Source: a virus
Taxonomy: Duplodnaviria > Heunggongvirae > Uroviricota > Caudoviricetes
DNA length: 43,959 nucleotides
IMG/VR virus record: IMGVR_UViG_2925914267_000003
Span: 1 to 43,959 of that record
Reading direction: 5' to 3' (one strand)
Below, in pieces: positions 33,309 through 39,337 of the stretch (its first letter is position 1; each line of letters opens with the position of its first letter). Below the pieces are notes generated by a model. It was not told the origin of the DNA, searched no databases, and saw only the letters and a list, made by a program, of their open reading frames with translations. A program made the position numbers and the translations under genes.

Positions 33309-34070
33309 TCACTTTTCCGACACAATATGACTGGAGGAATCGAAAATATGTCGAACAATATCCCGGTGCTTGTTCAGCTCCCGCAGCGCGGCGCAGACTC
33401 GTTCCCACTTCTGGGCATGACTTTTCGCCCGACGCAGTTCGCGGTTTGCCATATGCAGCGATGGTAAAACCAGGTCATCCGCTCGCGTTTCAGTAAACGA
33501 TGGCAGCGACTGCACAATGTCCGCCACAGTTTCTGTTTTAATATCTTCCTGTGTTGCAGCCTCCTGTACTGGTAACGCAACACATGCAGGCTGAGGAAAG
33601 GCTTTACCATCAGTTTCCGCTACCGATGCTGCTTTCGGCTCTGCTGGTAAATTATCGCCCGGCATGCAGTAACGAAATTTACCGTCCTGATTTGCACGAA
33701 TCAGGCGTCCTTTGCTGATTGCCATTGCCAGCGTTGAAGCCACTTTGCGTGATGTGGTACCAAACAATGTAGCCAGCTCATCAGCCGTTTGTGGTCCGTG
33801 TTGTTCAATCGTCGCGGTTAAATCGCACTCTGAGATTTTCGCTACTGTCGCCGTGGAGGTTTCTTCCGGCAGTTCTGCCTGCGCTGGCTGTTCCTGCTGA
33901 ACGTTGTTATCAGCCACACGCCAGGTGTACGCGCTTTTATCAACGAAACCAGCCTTTTTCAGTTCCCATAGTTCGTTCAGCACTTCTTCACGACTGATAT
34001 CAAGTCGCGCAGCAAGTTCTATGGATGTGGCTTTTCCCATTGCTTTCAGTGCGTCAAAAACGGTTTCCAT
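33309..34070 (-). CDS. hypothetical protein with two winged-helix-like segments
   Basis: 253-aa track ORF; N-terminal ([17 protein letters not shown]) and central ([26 protein letters not shown]) HTH-like segments. Confidence 0.45.
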   Translation of the reverse strand: METVFDALKAMGKATSIELAARLDISREEVLNELWELKKAGFVDKSAYTWRVADNNVQQEQPAQAELPEETSTATVAKISECDLTATIEQHGPQTADELATLFGTTSRKVASTLAMAISKGRLIRANQDGKFRYCMPGDNLPAEPKAASVAETDGKAFPQPACVALPVQEAATQEDIKTETVADIVQSLPSFTETRADDLVLPSLHMANRELRRAKSHAQKWERVCAALRELNKHRDIVRHIFDSSSHIVSEK

Positions 34071-34091
34071 TAAAATTTCCTCCGGACAAAA

Positions 34092-34838
34092 TTACTTCAC
34101 AACCCTCAGGTGCCTGACATTCGAACGCCAGCTCTCCCAGTTAAAATTCACCCAGCGACCACCGTTCATGACCATGCGGTCCATTACACGCTCACCAAGA
34201 AGCGTACTCATCGCTACGTGGTTCAGGTTTGTCAGCATTCCGACACTGCGCATCGAAGCCGTTCTGCGGTCGACTATCTGGTTCAGCGTGACCTGCTCGT
34301 TGCGCGTATCCCGCTGCATTCCGATTTCATCCAGGACAAGCAGGTCAACATCACACAACCCCTGTAAAAATTTTTCGCCTGAGTTTTTGTTGTCGTAGCT
34401 GTTGTGTAACGCCAGCATCACATCAGCCACCGTTATCACAATCACGCTGCGACCTTTCGCCAGAAGATGATTACCAATGGCGGCTGCAAGGTGGTTCTTT
34501 CCGGTACCCGGCTTACCGCTGAACACAAAATTCGTGCACCCGGTCATCAGTTCGTCAGCGATGGATTTTGCCTGGCTCAGCGCGTGTTTTTGCCCGTCAT
34601 TCTGCACCTGATAATTCGCAAACGAGCATTTGCTGTGCAGAGGCTGGATGCCCGAACGATTCAGGATTTTCTCCACCCGCAACTGGCGATTCTGGCGGTT
34701 GATCTCCTCGCTACGTTTTCGCCCTTCTGCCAGTTGCCACTCGCGCCACTCGTCCACTGTCCGGTACGGCGCGATTACATGCTGCGGGGCCAGCTTACGG
34801 ATACGCTCAAGAACACCACCTGCCGCGATATTTTTCAT
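34092..34838 (-). CDS. DnaC-like replicative helicase loader (AAA+)
   Basis: 248-aa ORF; Walker A FSGKPGTGKNHLAAAIG, Walker B DLLVLDEIG; overall strongly resembles E. coli DnaC as remembered. Confidence 0.85.
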   Translation of the reverse strand: MKNIAAGGVLERIRKLAPQHVIAPYRTVDEWREWQLAEGRKRSEEINRQNRQLRVEKILNRSGIQPLHSKCSFANYQVQNDGQKHALSQAKSIADELMTGCTNFVFSGKPGTGKNHLAAAIGNHLLAKGRSVIVITVADVMLALHNSYDNKNSGEKFLQGLCDVDLLVLDEIGMQRDTRNEQVTLNQIVDRRTASMRSVGMLTNLNHVAMSTLLGERVMDRMVMNGGRWVNFNWESWRSNVRHLRVVK

Positions 34839-34844
34839 GGCCCG

Positions 34845-35792
34845 TTACCCCCTGAACCCCGGCGGAATTTCGGTATCCGGCTCAGAAATATGATTCACAC
34901 AACGCTGTACAGACGAACGCCCCAGGCGGATAACCAGTTCATCCCATTTTTCGCGAAGCTTTGACGGACTCATGATATTTTTTACCCAGAATGGATCCCG
35001 CTGCACCCGACCAAACATTTCACAAATTTGTCTGTGAGTTCTGCCATCCAGCATCCGCATTGTGCGCACGTCGTTGGCCCATGCGGTCCAGTTGGGTTCT
35101 TTCGGTCGCGAAATCTCGCCATCATCGCTGGCGGCCTGCTCGTAAAGACTCACGATTCGCCCCCAGATCCACTGCGCACACGCTAAATCTTCCTGGCTAC
35201 CCCACTGGCGTTTTTTCGCACTGAACACAATCGCGTCAGGGTGTCGGGTTAAAAAATCCTGTTCAGCCGTCTGCATGTCCGGTTGCGAAGCTTTCGGACG
35301 AAAAGATCTTTTATCTGACGGATCAGGTTTTAATACTGACGGATCGGGGCCAACCATCGCCCCCCTAACCGGCTGTTTTTTATCAACGGTTGATCCATCA
35401 AAATTTGACGGGTCAACCGTTGAGGGGTCAATATTTGACGGGTCATTTTTTGCCTGGCTAATTTTTCTTTTCGGTTTATATGCCTCACGCGCTGCCGCTG
35501 CTGCTGCTTCGAGTTTTTCCACATTAAGACGGTAGATATTGCTTTCATTACGCCCACCGACCTTACGTTCCTCCTTCGTCAGCCAGCCGTTCTTTTCCAG
35601 TTCTGCTATCGCAGCTTTAACCGTTGATTCACTCTTTGCCCCAATCTGACGACGAATGGTCTCCACTGCAGGCCATGACACACCTTCGTCATTGCTGTAA
35701 TCTGCAAGGCGAGCCATAACTGCCACCCTGGATAAGATCATGCCGGTGAAGGCACACCCTTCCCAGACAAGACCATGAAGCTTGCTGCTCAT
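34845..35792 (-). CDS. replication initiator with N-terminal HTH and C-terminal DnaT-like domain
   Basis: 315-aa ORF; C-terminus ...VNHISEPDTEIPPGFRG parallels the E. coli DnaT C-terminus (...VSEPDSQIPPGFRG) as remembered; ori-like iterons inside the gene. Confidence 0.65.
   Translation of the reverse strand: MSSKLHGLVWEGCAFTGMILSRVAVMARLADYSNDEGVSWPAVETIRRQIGAKSESTVKAAIAELEKNGWLTKEERKVGGRNESNIYRLNVEKLEAAAAAAREAYKPKRKISQAKNDPSNIDPSTVDPSNFDGSTVDKKQPVRGAMVGPDPSVLKPDPSDKRSFRPKASQPDMQTAEQDFLTRHPDAIVFSAKKRQWGSQEDLACAQWIWGRIVSLYEQAASDDGEISRPKEPNWTAWANDVRTMRMLDGRTHRQICEMFGRVQRDPFWVKNIMSPSKLREKWDELVIRLGRSSVQRCVNHISEPDTEIPPGFRG
35320..35482. repeat. origin-like iteron cluster plus AT-rich tract inside the initiator gene
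   Basis: at least five ~10-bp repeats TGACGG(A/G)TCA / TCAACGGTTGA spaced about 20 bp apart (35325-35445), then an AT-rich tract (35445-35482); same strand encodes repeated DPSN(I/F)D linker. Confidence 0.55.
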
Positions 35793-35815
35793 AAAAAACT
35801 CCGAACACCGTGCTT

Positions 35816-36241
35816 TTAGTGCATCACCAAGGCATTTCCTGCCGGGCCACCACGATTCATCTGATTGAAACCAGCGATCGCCACTGCGACAAAATCATCA
35901 GCGTCTCTCACCAGTCGTTCCCGCATCTCCACCAGCTCCCGAAAATAAGCTGAACTGTGGCTGCGCATTCTGGCCACCAGCAAAGGTGGCATTGCTTTTT
36001 CGATAGCCGGTAACAACGCCTGAATTTTTTTAACCGCATCAGGAGTATCTTTCTCCACCCAGCGGAAAATTTTCTGAGTATTGCGAGCCAGGGCTTCCGG
36101 ATGGCTGTCGTCATACAGTTCCGGGAACGTCATACCCAGCTCAAAATAAGCCCGGGTTATTTCAGCTGCCGGAACTTTTTCACCGTCCGGATGCGCCCAG
36201 GCATTCATCGCCATGCGGATGTGTTCATGCTTGATTTTCAT
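35816..36241 (-). CDS. YdaT-like protein (Rac prophage family)
   Basis: 141-aa ORF beginning MKIKHEHI..., second gene of the early rightward operon after the Cro-like gene; family call from memory. Confidence 0.5.
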   Translation of the reverse strand: MKIKHEHIRMAMNAWAHPDGEKVPAAEITRAYFELGMTFPELYDDSHPEALARNTQKIFRWVEKDTPDAVKKIQALLPAIEKAMPPLLVARMRSHSSAYFRELVEMRERLVRDADDFVAVAIAGFNQMNRGGPAGNALVMH

Positions 36242-36506
36242 GAATCAAGCTCCTAGAAAGTGGTTGTGTTAACGTTTTGGTATCTTCCAGCTCGGGCCAA
36301 ATATTCATCCAATCAAAAGGCCTTAGTTGCTGACGTGTAACTTCACCATTACTGGCTCGCTCAATAAGGACACATAACGATGCCCCTAACACTTGACCTT
36401 TACTCAATGCCTTTCTTAGATAACCGATGCTGGTACCACACTCGCATGCAAACATACGCTGTTCATCTGACGAAAGAGAATTGAGAAATATTCTTAATTC
36501 TTCCAT
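36225..36506 (-). CDS. Cro-like HTH regulator (YdaS family)
   Basis: 93-aa ORF with HTH (CGTSIGYLRKALSKGQ); AAGGAG SD 6 nt upstream; divergent from repressor gene. Confidence 0.6.
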   Translation of the reverse strand: MEELRIFLNSLSSDEQRMFACECGTSIGYLRKALSKGQVLGASLCVLIERASNGEVTRQQLRPFDWMNIWPELEDTKTLTQPLSRSLIHENQA

Positions 36507-36531
36507 AGCGACTCCTTAGTAAACACAGTAA

Positions 36532-36559
36532 AGAATACCCACAGGTAAACAAAAGTCAA
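36532..36559 (-). promoter_or_regulatory. PR-like promoter for the Cro-like operon
   Basis: on minus strand -35 TTGACT (+ coords ~36554-36559), 16-nt spacer, -10 TATTCT (~36532-36537); both elements overlap operator palindromes. Confidence 0.45.
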
Positions 36560-36571
36560 TACCCACAGGTT
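36536..36571. promoter_or_regulatory. OR-like operator pair
   Basis: two copies of TACCCACAGGT(A/T) at ~36536-36547 and ~36560-36571, 24 bp centre to centre, between the divergent repressor and Cro-like genes. Confidence 0.55.
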
Positions 36572-36606
36572 GTTTACCTTGCGGTAATCGCATCTATTAT
36601 TTACCT
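36572..36606 (+). promoter_or_regulatory. PRM-like promoter giving a leaderless repressor mRNA
   Basis: -10 TATTAT at ~36595-36600 ends 6 nt before the repressor ATG (36607) with no SD in between; weak -35 TTTACC about 16 nt upstream. Confidence 0.4.
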
Positions 36607-37026
36607 ATGGACAAATATGAATTTAGACGACAGCAACTCATCAAAATTCGTGATGAGAAATGCGATGGTAAAGCGGTTAACGTGGCCAGAAAGATCGGGC
36701 GCGAGCCTTCTTATGTATCAAGAATGTTGTACCCAGAGGGGAAAAAGGGAAAAAAACGGATCGCTGATGATATGGTGGAGATTATCGAAGAGTCCTTTGG
36801 GTTACCCCGGGGATGGATGGATGGTATCGTTTCATCATCAACGAACACAGCCTCCAGTTATGAAACAAGGGTTCTAACGCCACGACAACGTATTTTTTTA
36901 GATCTCTTAGACGAACTGCCAGAAAGTGAAGCGGATAACTTATTAAAAACTCTTGAAGAGAAAAAACAGTATTACAATATGATCTACGAAGAAATCCGTA
37001 AAAAGAAAGCACAAAACGCATCATAG
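36607..37026 (+). CDS. prophage repressor, DicA/RacR-like HTH protein (no S24 peptidase domain)
   Basis: 139-aa ORF; N-terminal HTH (VNVARKIGREPSYVSRML); C-terminal ...RIFLDLLDELPESEADNLL... resembles DicA C-terminus as remembered; flanked by operator pairs. Confidence 0.7.
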   Translation: MDKYEFRRQQLIKIRDEKCDGKAVNVARKIGREPSYVSRMLYPEGKKGKKRIADDMVEIIEESFGLPRGWMDGIVSSSTNTASSYETRVLTPRQRIFLDLLDELPESEADNLLKTLEEKKQYYNMIYEEIRKKKAQNAS

Positions 37027-37069
37027 CTCACCAAACAACTAGTCACCAGTTAAGACACCGCAAAAAAGT

Positions 37070-37110
37070 TACCCATGGGTATTTACTTTTTAAATACCTA
37101 TGGGTATCCT
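37070..37110 (+). promoter_or_regulatory. OL-like operator pair with PL-like promoter
   Basis: perfect palindrome TACCCATGGGTA (~37070-37081) and TACCTATGGGTA (~37095-37106), 25 bp apart; candidate -35 TTTACT (~37082-37087) and -10 TATCCT (~37105-37110) overlap them. Confidence 0.5.
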
Positions 37111-37291
37111 TCTTTTCATACCAACCCACCCCGCCCACAGAACGCAGGGCAATACTTCGAGTTACCAGGCAGTGGTCAGGGGTTAAGTAGCCAGCCCGAG
37201 GCGTAAGAACATGACGGCAGGGTTCAACTTTAATAACTATGCAGCAGGTTTTTGTTCCGCCACCCCGGCGTTAAGGGGAAATGAGGTCAAC

Positions 37292-37444
37292 ATGGATACT
37301 ATCGATCTTGGCAACAACGAATCTCTGGTGTGCGGCGTGTTTCCCAACCAAGACGGCACGTTCACCGCGATGACGTATACCAAAAGTAAAACGTTTAAAA
37401 CCGAAGCTGGCGCGCATCGCTGGTTAGCAAGAAACTCTGACTGA
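37292..37444 (+). CDS. small protein, YdfA-like (first gene of PL-side operon)
   Basis: internal ATG of track ORF 37211-37444 (MDTIDLGNNESLVCGVFPNQDGTF...), GAGG SD 6 nt upstream; same position as ydfA in the Qin dicB operon. Confidence 0.5.
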   Translation: MDTIDLGNNESLVCGVFPNQDGTFTAMTYTKSKTFKTEAGAHRWLARNSD

Positions 37445-37455
37445 TGAGGTTGACG

Positions 37456-38094
37456 ATGGAATTTAAAGATTTACCTACTTCAATCCAGGAGATTGCAGCA
37501 CACACACTTCGTCATCGTCTGAACGAACTTGCATTGGAATCGGTAACGAAAAAAGACACTGATAATATAGCTCGTAATGTGCGCGATGCGTTTACCGGAT
37601 TGTATTTCTGTGCGTCTGTAAATAAACACGACTCAGATAGTGTGGCAAATAAAATTGCAGAAACGACAGCGCAAAACATCAATACGAAACCAACGGAAGA
37701 AGAAATTGATCAGTTTGCTCATGATGCTGGTTTAAAAAACAAGAAAGAAAAATCGCCATATGCGGGGAACATGTTTGTTTATGACAATCTCATCAGAATT
37801 CGTGGCGAAATTCCGGCGGAATACCTGGCAAGAGTCCATCAGGCATTGCTTAAAAATCTGGAAACAGAATTATTTGATGGCAACACTAACGGTTTCTTCA
37901 TGGTATCAGGCCTTGAGAAAGACTGGGATGCAGAAAAACGCTGGAATGTTGCTACATGGTTATTCAGTAACAGAGCCGCTGCCCTGGAAGCTTCGGCATG
38001 TATTTGCGGCCTGTTCTTAACAGACCACAAATATAACCTGGATGTGTACAGTTATATTTACGCTGAACACGGTCCGCTCTGGATTGACTGGTAA
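37456..38094 (+). CDS. hypothetical protein (212 aa), unknown function
   Basis: track ORF 37444-38094; preferred start ATG 37456 (GAGG SD 7 nt upstream), alternative 37444 overlapping upstream stop (TGATG); no recognisable motif. Confidence 0.5.
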   Translation: MEFKDLPTSIQEIAAHTLRHRLNELALESVTKKDTDNIARNVRDAFTGLYFCASVNKHDSDSVANKIAETTAQNINTKPTEEEIDQFAHDAGLKNKKEKSPYAGNMFVYDNLIRIRGEIPAEYLARVHQALLKNLETELFDGNTNGFFMVSGLEKDWDAEKRWNVATWLFSNRAAALEASACICGLFLTDHKYNLDVYSYIYAEHGPLWIDW

Positions 38095-38304
38095 TTATAA
38101 GGAAACACCAGCAGGGCCGCGGCGACCAACAGAACGATTAAAATCAATAATGCCATTATAAAGGACATTATTTAATTTATCGTCGAATGCTGATTCTGTT
38201 AGCCTCAACTCTGAATGAGTTTTTAATAACCCTGATTGCCTGAGTTGATTTACCAGGCATTCAATCTGTTTTTCAATAAGCGGATTTCTTTTTTTGTTTG
38301 GCAT
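38095..38304 (-). CDS. hypothetical small protein (69 aa), convergent to the PL operon
   Basis: track ORF 38095-38316 trimmed to ATG with GGAGGA SD (MPNKKRNPLIEKQIECLVNQLRQSGLLK...); its stop codon directly abuts the stop of the 212-aa gene (TAATTA). Confidence 0.4.
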   Translation of the reverse strand: MPNKKRNPLIEKQIECLVNQLRQSGLLKTHSELRLTESAFDDKLNNVLYNGIIDFNRSVGRRGPAGVSL

Positions 38305-38640
38305 TTTATCCTCCATTGAGGTTCTGGGTTAAAAATGGAGACCAACACGCTGCCACGTGTGGTCGTGCGCCGGACACGGATAAGAATCCGGTACTGACAG
38401 TTTACTGAAAGGATATATCCCTGAAAAGCCAGAGCATAACGCGAAAGCGCACGGCGAAATTGGTCTCTCTGTACGGTGTCGTTAAATTTAATTCGACCGT
38501 GCGCTTCCGGTTGTGGCACTCCGCGAAATGGCGCGGCGGTAAGTATGGCGGGGTTATTCCTTCCCCGTTGAGGACACCGGGTTGTCAGGTTGACCATACG
38601 CTTAAGTGACAACCCCGCTGCAACGCCCTCTGTTATCAAT

Positions 38641-38693
38641 TTTCTGGTGGCGTTTGGCGGTATCAGTTTTACTCCGTGACTGCTCTGCCGCCC
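38641..38693 (+). ncRNA. dicF: DicF small RNA
   Basis: tttctggtggcgtttggcggtatcagttttactccgtgactgctctgccgccc + T-run; differs at one position from E. coli K-12 DicF as remembered; ends in intrinsic terminator hairpin GGCGG...CCGCC; directly upstream of dicB. Confidence 0.7.
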
Positions 38694-38867
38694 TTTTTAA
38701 AGTGAATTTTGTGATGCGGTGAATGCGGCTAAGCGCACGCGGAACAGTTAAAACCAAAAACAGTGTTATGGGTGGGTTCTCTGTATCCGGCGTTAATTGT
38801 TAACTGGTTAACGTCACCTGGAGGCACCAGGCACCGCATCACAAAATTCATTGTTGAGGACGCGATA

Positions 38868-39056
38868 ATGGAAACGTTATTACCAAACGTTAATACGTCT
38901 GAAGGTTGTTTTGAAATTGGTGTCACTATCAGTAACCCAGTATTTACTGAAGATGCCATTAACAAGAGAAAACAAGAACGGGAGCTATTAAATAAAATAT
39001 GCATTGTTTCAATGCTGGCTCGTTTACGTCTGATGCCAAAAGGATGTGCACAATGA
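38868..39056 (+). CDS. dicB: cell division inhibitor DicB
   Basis: 62-aa ORF METLLPNVNTSEGCFEIGVTISNPVFTEDAINKRKQERELLNKICIVSMLARLRLMPKGCAQ from internal ATG with GAGGA SD; matches K-12 DicB as remembered. Confidence 0.8.
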   Translation: METLLPNVNTSEGCFEIGVTISNPVFTEDAINKRKQERELLNKICIVSMLARLRLMPKGCAQ

Positions 39057-39244
39057 ATTCAGCATTTGCGCTTGTTCTGACAGTTTATCTTGTTTCCGGA
39101 GAGCCAGTTGATATTGCAGTCAGTGTTCACAGGACAATGCAGGAATGTATGACTGCAGCAACCGAACAGAAAATTCCCGGTAACTGTTACCCGGTCGATA
39201 AAGTTATTCACCAGGATAATAACGAAATCCCGGCAGGTCTTTAA
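39053..39244 (+). CDS. ydfD: YdfD-like small protein (DUF1482)
   Basis: 63-aa ORF MNSAFALVLTVYLVSGEPVDIAVSVHRTMQECMTAATEQKIPGNCYPVDKVIHQDNNEIPAGL; overlaps dicB stop by 4 nt; gene order as in Qin. Confidence 0.65.
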   Translation: MNSAFALVLTVYLVSGEPVDIAVSVHRTMQECMTAATEQKIPGNCYPVDKVIHQDNNEIPAGL

Positions 39245-39337
39245 AACAGTTCCGTAATAAACATCCGATTTCATTCTTATATGCCAGCAATGGCAGGGAT
39301 TTGTTCATCCTTAAATCTGTAATGAGGTTAAAACAAA

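Noticed and set aside
38250-38639. 129-aa minus-strand ORF in the dicF leader
   Set aside because: Arg-rich, no SD, antisense to the structured DicF precursor region; more likely non-coding
38317-38700. Possible retron msr/msd or other novel structured ncRNA
   Set aside because: No reverse transcriptase gene nearby, and the 3' part matches DicF, which explains the structured region as its processed precursor
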